Source: an uncultured Acidobacteriota bacterium (GTDB lineage Bacteria > Acidobacteriota > Thermoanaerobaculia > Gp7-AA8). Taken from it: a stretch of 64,000 nucleotides of DNA. Position 1 is the first letter of the stretch; each line of letters starts with the position of its first letter. This document shows positions 25,864 through 34,897 of the stretch, in pieces. The position numbers and the translations under genes were made by a program. The notes under the pieces are model-generated. The model worked only from the letters and a program-made list of their open reading frames with translations. It was not told where the DNA came from and ran no database searches. The stretch is taken from NCBI GenBank assembly GCA_963822445.1, contig CAWGHO010000002.1, forward strand, positions 96,001 to 160,000. Reading direction: 5' to 3'.

Positions 25864-28255
25864 CACACCGCGGACGCTGGCCCTCGCCGTCGCGCTGATC
25901 TCCGGCGCCGCACTCGCGTACGAGATCCTGCTGATCCGCCTCTTCTCCATCATCGAGTGGCATCACCTCGCCTTCCTCATCATCAGCCTGGCCCTCCTCG
26001 GCTACGGAGCCAGCGGCACGATGCTCGCCCTCGCGCGGCAACCGCTCCTGCGGCATTTCGAGCGTGTCGCGGCGACGGCGTCGACGGCGTTTGGCGCGAC
26101 CTCCGTCGGCGCATTCGTGATCGCCCAACGGATCGAGTTGAACTCGCTGGAGATTTTCTGGAGCACACAGCAGTTCGGCCGGCTTTTCCTCCTGTATCTC
26201 CTGTTCGCCGTACCGTTCTTCTGCGCGGCCACGGCAATCGGTCTGACGCTGACGAAGCACGGCGGCGACTCGCCGCGTCTCTATCGCGCCGATCTGATCG
26301 GCGGCGGATTGAGCGCGGCCGCGGCGACCGCGCTGTTGTTCGTCGTCCATCCGATCACCGCGCTGCAGATCGTCGCGGTTGCCGGCTTCATCGCGGCGTC
26401 GCTGTTCGCAATGCGTTGGAAGACGATCGCCATTGGTGTCGCGGGAGTCGTCGCGATCCTCGCCGCGCGACCGCTGCTGCTGCCGTTGCGCATGTCCCAG
26501 TTCAAGGAGCTGCGTCAGGCGATGCGGATCCCCGAGGCTCGGGTTGTTGATGAGCGATCGAGCCCGCATGGCCTGCTCACGTCCGTCGTCAGTCCTGCAG
26601 TTCCGTTCCGGCACGCGCCGGGTCTCAGCCTGGCCTTCACCGGCGAGATCACGGAGCAGATCGCCGTCTTCACCGACGGCGGCGGCCTGACGCCGGTCGT
26701 GCGTTACGACGGGAATCCGGCGTCGGTCGCATACCTCGACTTTCTTCCGACCGCGATCGTGTACCACGCCGGAATGCCGAAGCGGCGCGTGGCCGTGATC
26801 GGTGCGGGCGGCGGATCGGAGGTGCTTTCCGCGCTCGTGCATGGGGCGGAGGAGGTGATCGCGGTCGAGCTCAACCCGCAGATGATCGAGGTTGCGCGGA
26901 AGTTCGGTGCGCCTTACGACGATCCGCGCGTGCGCGTGGTGAAAGCCGAAGCGCGCCGATTCATTCGCGAATCGGATGCGAAGTACGACGCGATTCAGAT
27001 CGCTCTCGTCGGCTCGCACGGCGCGTCCGCCGCCGGCGTGCAGGCGCTGGGCGAGAACTTTCTCTACACGACCGAGGCGATGCGGGAGTTGATCGCGCAT
27101 TTGCGTCCGGATGGGTATCTGGCCATCACCCGCTGGATGCAGGCGCCGCCGCGCGAGGTCGTGAAGCTGGTGGCGACGGCGATCGTCGCGCAGGACTTTC
27201 CACACATGCGCACGGCGCTGATCCGAGGATGGAACACCGCCACGGTGGTTGTGAAAAACGGCGACTTCACGCACGAAGAGCTCGCCGCACTGCGGCGTTT
27301 CTGCGACGAACGCTTTTTCGATCTCGACTACGCGCCGGAAGTCCGCCGCGAAGAAACGAACCAGTTCAACGTGCTCGATGAGCCGTATCTGTTCGACGTG
27401 GTCGGGTCGATTCTGCCGCGCGGCCCGGGTCGCGAGGATTTCTTCGAGCGCTACAAGTTCAACGTCCGGCCGGCGACGGACGAGCGGCCCTACTTTTCCC
27501 ACTCCTTCCGTTGGCGCGCGCTTCCCGAGTTTCTGCGGATGCGCGCGCGCGGAGGCCTGCCGATGCTCGAATGGGGTTACCTCGTGCTCATCGCCGGTCT
27601 CGCGCAGGCCCTGGTCGCCTCCATCGCGCTCATCCTTCTGCCGCTGCTCTTCGTCCGCCGCCGCCTGTCGCCTGCGCGCGAGCCGGCGTGGCGGCTGATC
27701 GTCTACTTCGGCGCGATCGGCCTCGCCTTTCTCTTCATCGAGATCGCCTTCATGCAGCGTCTCACGCTCTTCCTCGGCCAGCCGCTCTACGCGATCGCCG
27801 TCGTCCTCTCATCGTTTCTCGTCTTCGGCGGACTCGGAAGCGGCGCCTCGGCAAGAATCGACGCGAGACGCGCGCGTCTCGTGCCGCTGTTCGTCGCGGC
27901 CATCGCCGTGATCGCGCTCATCGTCGTCCGCCTGCTCACCGGCCTCACCCTCGGCCTTCCCGATCCGGCCAGAATCGCCATCAGCGTCGCCCTGGTGGCA
28001 CCGCTCGCCTTCGCGATGGGGATGCCCTTCCCGCTCGGCCTACGCAGACTCGCCGCCGTCGATGAAGCCGCGATTCCGTGGGCCTGGGGCATCAACGGCA
28101 CGGCCTCCGTCCTCAGCTCAATGCTGGCGACGCTCGTCGCGGTGCACTTCGGGTTTTCGGTGCTCGTGGCGATCGCGGCGGGGTTGTACGCGGTGGCGGC
28201 GACCGGCCTTCGCGGAAACGAAAACGCCGGCCTAGAGGCCGGCGTAAGTTCTTGA
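25853..28255 (+). CDS. Membrane protein fused to spermidine-synthase-like SAM-dependent domain
   Basis: N- and C-terminal TM bundles, VAVIGAGGG SAM motif, VELNP, LYTTEA, WAWGINGTASV. Confidence 0.8.
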   Translation: MRDSTPRTLALAVALISGAALAYEILLIRLFSIIEWHHLAFLIISLALLGYGASGTMLALARQPLLRHFERVAATASTAFGATSVGAFVIAQRIELNSLEIFWSTQQFGRLFLLYLLFAVPFFCAATAIGLTLTKHGGDSPRLYRADLIGGGLSAAAATALLFVVHPITALQIVAVAGFIAASLFAMRWKTIAIGVAGVVAILAARPLLLPLRMSQFKELRQAMRIPEARVVDERSSPHGLLTSVVSPAVPFRHAPGLSLAFTGEITEQIAVFTDGGGLTPVVRYDGNPASVAYLDFLPTAIVYHAGMPKRRVAVIGAGGGSEVLSALVHGAEEVIAVELNPQMIEVARKFGAPYDDPRVRVVKAEARRFIRESDAKYDAIQIALVGSHGASAAGVQALGENFLYTTEAMRELIAHLRPDGYLAITRWMQAPPREVVKLVATAIVAQDFPHMRTALIRGWNTATVVVKNGDFTHEELAALRRFCDERFFDLDYAPEVRREETNQFNVLDEPYLFDVVGSILPRGPGREDFFERYKFNVRPATDERPYFSHSFRWRALPEFLRMRARGGLPMLEWGYLVLIAGLAQALVASIALILLPLLFVRRRLSPAREPAWRLIVYFGAIGLAFLFIEIAFMQRLTLFLGQPLYAIAVVLSSFLVFGGLGSGASARIDARRARLVPLFVAAIAVIALIVVRLLTGLTLGLPDPARIAISVALVAPLAFAMGMPFPLGLRRLAAVDEAAIPWAWGINGTASVLSSMLATLVAVHFGFSVLVAIAAGLYAVAATGLRGNENAGLEAGVSS
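28221..28245 (-). terminator. Intrinsic terminator downstream of tRNA-Thr
   Basis: ACGCCGGCC-TAGA-GGCCGGCGT stem with a T-tract on the minus strand. Confidence 0.6.
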
Positions 28256-28260
28256 AAACG

Positions 28261-28336
28261 TGGAGCCGATGACCGGACTCGAACCGGTGACCTGCTGATT
28301 ACGAATCAGCTGCTCTACCAACTGAGCTACATCGGC
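28261..28336 (-). tRNA. tRNA-Thr(CGT)
   Basis: GCCGATGTAGCTCAGTTGGTAGAGCAGCTGATTCGTAATCAGCAGGTCACCGGTTCGAGTCCGGTCATCGGCTCCA; full cloverleaf, encoded CCA. Confidence 0.97.
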
Positions 28337-28433
28337 GCGTTTGAGCGGGCAGGGTAACAGCGAGGGGGCGGATTCTATTCGCCCTTTCCGCGGCTGTCGA
28401 GAGCGAGGCGGATGGTAGGATTTCGGCCGGCCT

Positions 28434-28509
28434 GCGCCCTTAGCTCAATGGATAGAGCAGCGGTCTTCGGAACCGCTGGTTGGGGGTTCGAGTCCCTCAG
28501 GGCGCGCCA
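28434..28509 (+). tRNA. tRNA-Arg(TCG)
   Basis: GCGCCCT acceptor stem, anticodon arm GCGGT-CTTCGGA-ACCGC, GGTTCGA T-loop, encoded CCA. Confidence 0.95.
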
Positions 28510-28518
28510 AATCACACC

Positions 28519-30024
28519 TTGCCGAAATCCGAACGAATCCTTCTCTGGTCGCTGGCCGCGCTCTCCCTCGGGCTGCGGGCGGTCGCCTTCTTCAACTACC
28601 GCTTCGACGCGGACGAGCAGCAGCACCTGCATGTGACCTGGGGCTGGACCGCCGGGCTCGTCCAGTACCGCGACTACTTCGACAACCACGCACCCCTCTT
28701 CCACCTGACCACCGCGCCGCTCCTGGCCCTCCTCGGCGAGCGGCGGGACATCCTCCACTGGATGCGCGTCCCCATGCTCGTCGTCTTCGCGATCGTGCTC
28801 TGGGCGACGTATGTGATCGCGCGCCGGCTGTACGACGAGCGGGTGGCGACATGGTCGGTGGTTCTGCTCAGCCTCTTCCCGCCGTTCTTTCTGAAGTCGC
28901 TCGAGTACCGGACCGACAACCTCTGGACGATGTTCTGGATGATTGCCCTGGTCCTGCTGATCCGCGAGCGCAGCATGTTCCTCGCCGGCCTGCTTCTCGG
29001 CTGCGCGATGGCCACCTCGCTCAAAACGACTTTGCTCGTGTTCAGCATCGTCGTCGCGGCGATCCTCGCCAAGCGCGGAGGGAACTGGCTCAAGGCGGCG
29101 ATCGGATTCGCGATCGTGCCCGTCGCACTGCTGATCTTCTTCGCGGTCGTCGGGGCGTGGGACCAGCTGGTCTACTGCACGCTGACTTTCAACGGCAATG
29201 TCGCGTTGACTCGCAACAACCTCTGGATTCAGCGCGCGATTTTTCCATTCACCGCCGCGGCGCTGCTGTGGGCCGCGTTGCGCTTTCGCAGGACCGAGCA
29301 TCCCTGGCGCTACTTTTTCGCCGTGGCGATGGGCGTCTTCACGGTCACGCTCGCAGGTTTCTGGGTGCTGATCTCGCCGCGCGACCTTCTGCCGCTGATG
29401 CCTCTCGCGGCGATCTTCGCTGCGGCCGCGCTGACGCGTGCGCGACGGCCGCTTCATGCGATCGGTGCGACGGCGGCGGTCTTCCTCATCGCGCTCTGGT
29501 ACTACGGCGATCGCTTCGCGAACAAGACCGCCTGGCACACCACGATGATGGATCAGGTCCTCCGCCTCTCCCGTCCCGGCGAGCCGCTGATCGATCACAA
29601 GGGCGAGACCATCTTCCGGCCGCGGCCGTTCTACTTCATCTTCGAGAACATCACCCGCGCGCAAATGGCCCGGGGCATCATCAAGGACACGCTGCCCGAG
29701 GATGTCGTTCGCACGCGCACGTACGTCGCGCAGGCCGACGGCGCGATGTGGCCGCCGCGAGCCCGCGCCTTCCTCTCCGAAAACTTCGTCAACCTCGGGC
29801 GCCTCCGCGCGGCCGGCCAATGGCTGCGCGAGGACGGCACGTACACCATCGCCATCCCCGGCGAATACGTGATCGTCAGCGAGCGCGGTGCGATCGGTCC
29901 ATCACGCGTGCTGCAGGCGGGCAGTTATCGCCACGCCGGGTCGCGCGAGCGGCTGGCAGTGGTGTGGGCGCCCGCGATCGAGCGCGGCCACTCTCCGTTT
30001 CATCTGCGCGATACCGATTTCTGA
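28519..30024 (+). CDS. GT-C (ArnT/PMT-like) membrane glycosyltransferase
   Basis: DADE...H, YRDYFDNHAPL, EYRTD motifs and many TM helices. Start re-called at TTG 28519 because the track start lies inside the tRNA. Confidence 0.75.
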   Translation: MPKSERILLWSLAALSLGLRAVAFFNYRFDADEQQHLHVTWGWTAGLVQYRDYFDNHAPLFHLTTAPLLALLGERRDILHWMRVPMLVVFAIVLWATYVIARRLYDERVATWSVVLLSLFPPFFLKSLEYRTDNLWTMFWMIALVLLIRERSMFLAGLLLGCAMATSLKTTLLVFSIVVAAILAKRGGNWLKAAIGFAIVPVALLIFFAVVGAWDQLVYCTLTFNGNVALTRNNLWIQRAIFPFTAAALLWAALRFRRTEHPWRYFFAVAMGVFTVTLAGFWVLISPRDLLPLMPLAAIFAAAALTRARRPLHAIGATAAVFLIALWYYGDRFANKTAWHTTMMDQVLRLSRPGEPLIDHKGETIFRPRPFYFIFENITRAQMARGIIKDTLPEDVVRTRTYVAQADGAMWPPRARAFLSENFVNLGRLRAAGQWLREDGTYTIAIPGEYVIVSERGAIGPSRVLQAGSYRHAGSRERLAVVWAPAIERGHSPFHLRDTDF

Positions 30025-30025
30025 G

Positions 30026-33025
30026 CTACTGCACTCCCGAGCGAAGGTCGTTGATGTGCGACGCGCGCACGACCGACAACCCGGGAACGCTGTACGAAAC
30101 CGGCGGCAGTCCGATTGCCGATCGGGCGGCGGCAAGCGCTTCACGCAGCTGAGCGATGTGCACCGCTTTGATCCTCGCTCCGGAAAGCGACGTGTCGACA
30201 AAGTTCTGCGACGGCAAAACCGCCGCGGTGCGCATGGCGTTGACCGCGGTGCGCAGCTGCAGGATGTGCGTTGCCTTGACCGGGGTGACGCCGGCCAGGA
30301 TCGTCGGGTCGGTGAACATAACCGTCGTGGCCGGATCGAGATTGCTGTACGAGAGCACTCCCGACGCACCGATCGCGCGCACGCGATAGAGGTACGTGCG
30401 GTTCGACGCGAGTCCGGTGTCGGTGTGCGACAGCGAGGAAGTAGCCGTGACCAGACCGAGGCTGCCGCCGTTCGATGAGCGGTAGATCTCGTAACTCGAC
30501 GCGCCGCTCACGGCGGCCCACGTCAACGACGCGGCGCTCGTGCTCGTAGCGGTCGCCGTCAGCGAGAACATCGGCACACCCGCGGCGTTCTGGGTGATGT
30601 TGATGGCGCGGCCGGCGATCCGGATCGTCCCGCTGCGCGCGGTGCCGGTGACGTTTTCGCCGATGACGTAGTAGACGGCCGTTGCCGTGACCGACGAGAT
30701 CTGGATGAAGGCCGACCCGCTTTCGACGACTGCTTCGAATTCGCACGCGGACGTCACGTTGATCGTCCCGGTGCCCGACGCCGAGGTGTGACTCTTCCAC
30801 AGCGGCGAAAACTGGTAGAGGCATTCCGTGGCGGACTGCCGCACCGTCACGTTGATTCCCGCGACGACGAGCGTGCCGACGCGCTCCGCGCCGGTGTTAT
30901 TTGCCTGAACCGTGTACCGCGTGACGCCCTCACCCTGTCCGCCCGTGCCGCTGGTGAGCACGATCCAGGAGCTCGCCGTCGATGAGCTCCAGAAGCACGC
31001 GCTGTTCGTCGTCACCGCCACCTCCCCTTCCCCACCCGATGCCGGCAACGCGACGCTCGTCGGCTGCGCCGAATACGTGCAGCCGCCCGATTGCTGGACG
31101 TTGCGGTAGACGCCGTTGAGATAGACACCGGCGTTCCGGCTGGGACCTTCATTCGGCGCGACGGACACCGTGACCGTGGCATTGCCGCTGCCGAAGCCCG
31201 ACACCGGCGAGGTGATCGTCAGCCAGCTCTCTTCCGTCTCGACGGTCCACGCGCAGACGTCCGTGGTGGTGATGTTGAAGGTGACCGTGCCTCCGGCGGC
31301 ACCGATCGAAGCCGACTCCGGCGAGTACGAATACGCACATCCGCTCTGCTGCTCGATGTTGAACGTTTTGTCCGCGATGGTGAGCTCCGCGTCGCGCGTC
31401 GGGCTCCCGGCGTTCGACGCGTGCTGATACGTGATGATCGCGTTGCCCGTGCCCGACGTTGGACTGGCCGTGAGCCACGCTGCGTTGCTCGACACCGACC
31501 AGCCGCAATGGCTGGCCGTGGTCAGCGAGATCGTTCCGCTTCCGGCGGACGAACCAACCATGACCCAGTCCGGACTGATCGTGATCTGGCAGTCGACATT
31601 CGCCCGCGATCCCGCGAACTCGCGAAGGATGTTGCGCGTGATCTGCCGAGCACCGTGGCTGACGGGCGCATTGGGGTGATTGTGGCCGTTCCAGCTGTCC
31701 AGTCCCCACGCCCATTGAATCGATCCCGTCGCGAACACCCACGCCGCTCCGGCGTCGTAGATGGTCATATCCGAATGCATCGTGCCGCCCGCGGTCGGAA
31801 ACGGCGAGTGGCCGAGACGCACGGTTCCCGGCGGCGTGAACTGGTTCATCGCGTCGACTTCGTAGCCGAGGAGGCCCGGCAGCGACGAACCGGTGGTAAG
31901 TCCGGTCTCCGCGAACACCCACGGCTGGCTGGTGACGTCGTCGATGACGATCGCTTCGTCGACCGGGTAGTAGATGTACTGCACGCCGATCAGCGCGGCC
32001 TCGGGACGATTCACCGGCGCGTCACGCCAGAGCGTCGTGATGCGGTTGTCGTTCGACGGATCGCCGTCGAGCGCATACGGATCGCTGCTGAGCGCCGCCG
32101 ATTTGTATCCGACCATGGTCCGGTCCAGCGCGCCGTTGATCGTGCTCGGCTCGAAGCGGACCTGCCAGTAGCAGGTGTTTGCGGAGAAGAAGCCGAGGTT
32201 CACGCCGCTGGCGAGCGCGTTCTCGACGTTCGTGCGCATCTCCCACGACCAGTACTCATCGTGGCCGATCGACAGAAACGACCTCGCGTTGAGCAGGAGA
32301 TGTCCGCGGCGATGCGTGTCGATGTTCGTGGTGTAGGTGAGGTCGTAGCCTTCGCGCTCGAGGAAACGGATCGCGTTGTACTCCCAGCGCCAGAGAAAGA
32401 TGCCGGTGCCGCTGCCGTCGACGTACGGCCTGTTGAAGGAGACCTTGCGCGCGGGGCTGGCGCCGTACAGCGATTTCCCGCCCCAGCTGTTGTAGGCCTG
32501 CGCGGTGCTAACGGTCAGCTGGAAGTTGTGATTGGCCTGGCGGGAGTCCTCGCGTACGACGAAGAGGATGTATTTGTTCTTCGGCGATGACGTGCCGATG
32601 GTGGTGAGCTTCACCACGTACGCGCCGCTGACCCAGTCGTTCGGAATGGTGATCGTGTACGGATCGACCCAGTTGCACTCGGTCAGCCCGGTTACCGGGT
32701 CGGGTGTGGGAATGACCTGCTGAACGCCTGTGCGAACGACGGTGTCCGCAACGCGCCGTCCGCCCTCACCGCCGTACCAGCCGAGGCGGAAGATGTCGAG
32801 CTGGTAGGTCGAGGAGGTCGTGTTGACGTAGAAGCTGATCGACTCGCCCTGATTCACGCTCGTGGCGGAGGCGTACCCTTCGATCTCGCCGTTGACGGCC
32901 TCGCTGAAGAGACGCCAGTCGCCCGTACCGGGTTTCGCGTTCTCGATCTGGATCGGATTCGCGGCGCCGAGAGTGACCGCGTACAGCGCGCATAGCACGA
33001 AGAAGAGGAACCTGATTGGGGGCAA
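30026..33025 (-). CDS. N,N-dimethylformamidase beta-subunit-like domain + BACON repeats + FN3, secreted
   Basis: IENAKPGT, QAYNSWGG, SFNRPY, GHDEYWS; repeated C-x-W-T/S..WL BACON units; YLYRVRA FN3 motif. Confidence 0.82.
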   Translation of the reverse strand: MPPIRFLFFVLCALYAVTLGAANPIQIENAKPGTGDWRLFSEAVNGEIEGYASATSVNQGESISFYVNTTSSTYQLDIFRLGWYGGEGGRRVADTVVRTGVQQVIPTPDPVTGLTECNWVDPYTITIPNDWVSGAYVVKLTTIGTSSPKNKYILFVVREDSRQANHNFQLTVSTAQAYNSWGGKSLYGASPARKVSFNRPYVDGSGTGIFLWRWEYNAIRFLEREGYDLTYTTNIDTHRRGHLLLNARSFLSIGHDEYWSWEMRTNVENALASGVNLGFFSANTCYWQVRFEPSTINGALDRTMVGYKSAALSSDPYALDGDPSNDNRITTLWRDAPVNRPEAALIGVQYIYYPVDEAIVIDDVTSQPWVFAETGLTTGSSLPGLLGYEVDAMNQFTPPGTVRLGHSPFPTAGGTMHSDMTIYDAGAAWVFATGSIQWAWGLDSWNGHNHPNAPVSHGARQITRNILREFAGSRANVDCQITISPDWVMVGSSAGSGTISLTTASHCGWSVSSNAAWLTASPTSGTGNAIITYQHASNAGSPTRDAELTIADKTFNIEQQSGCAYSYSPESASIGAAGGTVTFNITTTDVCAWTVETEESWLTITSPVSGFGSGNATVTVSVAPNEGPSRNAGVYLNGVYRNVQQSGGCTYSAQPTSVALPASGGEGEVAVTTNSACFWSSSTASSWIVLTSGTGGQGEGVTRYTVQANNTGAERVGTLVVAGINVTVRQSATECLYQFSPLWKSHTSASGTGTINVTSACEFEAVVESGSAFIQISSVTATAVYYVIGENVTGTARSGTIRIAGRAINITQNAAGVPMFSLTATATSTSAASLTWAAVSGASSYEIYRSSNGGSLGLVTATSSLSHTDTGLASNRTYLYRVRAIGASGVLSYSNLDPATTVMFTDPTILAGVTPVKATHILQLRTAVNAMRTAAVLPSQNFVDTSLSGARIKAVHIAQLREALAAARSAIGLPPVSYSVPGLSVVRASHINDLRSGVQ

Positions 33026-33110
33026 GCTGAAGCTCCACGAAGCACTGCCGGTAACTGCGTGGAAAGCGGACTACCACCGCCCCTTGTGCGAGCGAAATGC
33101 CACCCTTCAG

Positions 33111-33839
33111 CTAAGTGTAGAGACCGCCGCTCACGTTCAGAACGGTGCCCGTGATGTAGCTGGCCTGCTCGCTGGCGAGGAACACCACGCTGTAGGCAAT
33201 ATCCTCAGGTGTGCCGAGACGCTTGAGGGCGATGCGGTCGGTCAGCTTCTCGCGCGCGTCGTCGCCGAGGGCGTCCGTCATGGCGGTCTGGATGTAGCCC
33301 GGAGCGATGGCATTGACGGTCACGTTGCGCGACCCGATTTCCAGCGCCAGCGACTTCGTGAAACCGATCAGCGCCGCTTTCGACGACGCGTAATTCACCT
33401 GCCCAGCGTTGCCCATCAAACCGACGATGGATGAGATGTTGATCACTCTCCCCCACCGCGTCCGGATCATCTTCTTCACGACTTCCTGGGTGATGTGAAA
33501 CGCGGAGTCGAGGTTCGTGCGGATCACGTTCGTCCAGGCATCGGGCTTCATCCGGATGAACAGATCGTCCTCGGTGATGCCGGCGTTGTTCACCAGGATG
33601 TCGATGGGCCGCTCTTTCAGCAGTGCGGTCACGCGCTCGCGGACGTCAGCGGCGGAGATGTCCAACTCGACCCCGGTGGCATTGCCGATCTCGCCGGCGA
33701 TCTGATTCACGCGATCGACGGAGCGCGCCGCGACGAGCACGTGCGCGCCTGCTTCGCCGAGGCGGCGGGCGATGGATTCGCCGATGCCGCGCGAGGCGCC
33801 GGTGACGAGAGCGGTTTTGCCGGTGAGGTCGATTTTCAT
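33111..33839 (-). CDS. fabG: 3-oxoacyl-ACP reductase
   Basis: TGASRGIG, NNAGIT, NYASSK, PGYIQT. Start ATG 33839. Confidence 0.95.
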   Translation of the reverse strand: MKIDLTGKTALVTGASRGIGESIARRLGEAGAHVLVAARSVDRVNQIAGEIGNATGVELDISAADVRERVTALLKERPIDILVNNAGITEDDLFIRMKPDAWTNVIRTNLDSAFHITQEVVKKMIRTRWGRVINISSIVGLMGNAGQVNYASSKAALIGFTKSLALEIGSRNVTVNAIAPGYIQTAMTDALGDDAREKLTDRIALKRLGTPEDIAYSVVFLASEQASYITGTVLNVSGGLYT

Positions 33840-34774
33840 TTTTGCTTTTCCAGAAAGGTCTCGAGCGTCGGGACATCGCTGACGTTGATCAGTTCGACGC
33901 TCGCGTCGATGCGTTTGATGAGACCAGTGAGCACGTTTCCGGGTCCGACTTCGACGAAGCGTTTCACGCCCATCGACGCCATCCGCTGCACGGACTCGAC
34001 CCAGCGAACCGGTGATGCGACCTGCCGCAGCAGCGCGTTGCGCACCGCGGTGGCGGTGCCGATCGGCGAGGCGTCGACGTTCGATACGAGCGCGACCCAG
34101 AGGTCCTTGAAGTTCGCGTCGTCGAGAATCGGCTTGAGCCGCTCCTCGGCCGGTTTCATCAGGTCGCAATGGAACGGCGCGGAGACCGGCAACGGCAGCG
34201 CGCGACGCACGCCGCGTTTCTTGGCGACTTCGATGGCTCTGTCGATTCCGGCTTTCGTTCCGGCGATGACGATCTGCCCCGGCGCGTTGATGTTGGCGAC
34301 GGAAAGGACCTCGCCCTGCGCGGCTTCTTCGCAGATCGCACGGGCGTCTTCGACGGAAGGTCCGATCAGCGCGGCCATGCCGCCGGTGCCCACCGGAACC
34401 GCGTCCTGCATGAAGCGTCCGCGGGCGTTCACGATCTTCGCGGCTTCGGCGGGGGTGAGTCCGCCGACGCTGACGATCGCGCTGTATTCGCCGAGGGAGT
34501 GACCGGCCACGAGATCGCGGCGGGCGGCGCCATGTTCTTCGAGCACGGCGTGAATCGCGGACGACACGGCCAGGATCGCCGGCTGCGTGTTCTCGGTCAG
34601 CTTGAGCTGATCCTCGGGACCCTCGAAGCAGAGCTGCGAGATCGAGTACCCGAGAGCGGTGTCGATGTCGTCGAAGACCCGGCGCGCCGCGGGATATTTT
34701 TCGGCGACGTCCCTGCCCATACTGGCGTACTGCGAGCCCTGCCCGGGGAAGACGAAGGCGGTGTTATGTTCCAT
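33836..34774 (-). CDS. fabD: Malonyl-CoA:ACP transacylase
   Basis: FPGQGSQ, GHSLGEY, VSAPFH. Confidence 0.96.
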   Translation of the reverse strand: MEHNTAFVFPGQGSQYASMGRDVAEKYPAARRVFDDIDTALGYSISQLCFEGPEDQLKLTENTQPAILAVSSAIHAVLEEHGAARRDLVAGHSLGEYSAIVSVGGLTPAEAAKIVNARGRFMQDAVPVGTGGMAALIGPSVEDARAICEEAAQGEVLSVANINAPGQIVIAGTKAGIDRAIEVAKKRGVRRALPLPVSAPFHCDLMKPAEERLKPILDDANFKDLWVALVSNVDASPIGTATAVRNALLRQVASPVRWVESVQRMASMGVKRFVEVGPGNVLTGLIKRIDASVELINVSDVPTLETFLEKQK

Positions 34775-34808
34775 TCGGGGGCGGATGATATCGCGACGTC
34801 AGCGAAGC

Positions 34809-34897
34809 TCTGGACTGCGGCGGCAAAGCCGCCGCTCTGGCTGCCGGCGGCTTTGCCGCCGGAGTGGAGAGCGGTAGCTCTGCTACCGCAGTCCAGA
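34809..34897. repeat. REP doublet, GGACTGCGGCGGC variant (related to the 10510 element)
   Basis: 30-nt inverted arms TCTGGACTGCGGCGGCAAAGCCGCCGCTCT and AGAGCGGTAGCTCTGCTACCGCAGTCCAGA with a central hairpin. Confidence 0.85.

Noticed and set aside
28261-28509. tRNAs as an integration site for a genomic island
   Set aside because: No integrase is present, and no duplicated tRNA 3' end was noticed in the window.
33840-34169. Extended N-termini in the ORF track for fabG (also yceD, SGNH, asnS, third GT4, OMP)
   Set aside because: They overlap neighbouring genes or repeats; homology begins at downstream starts.
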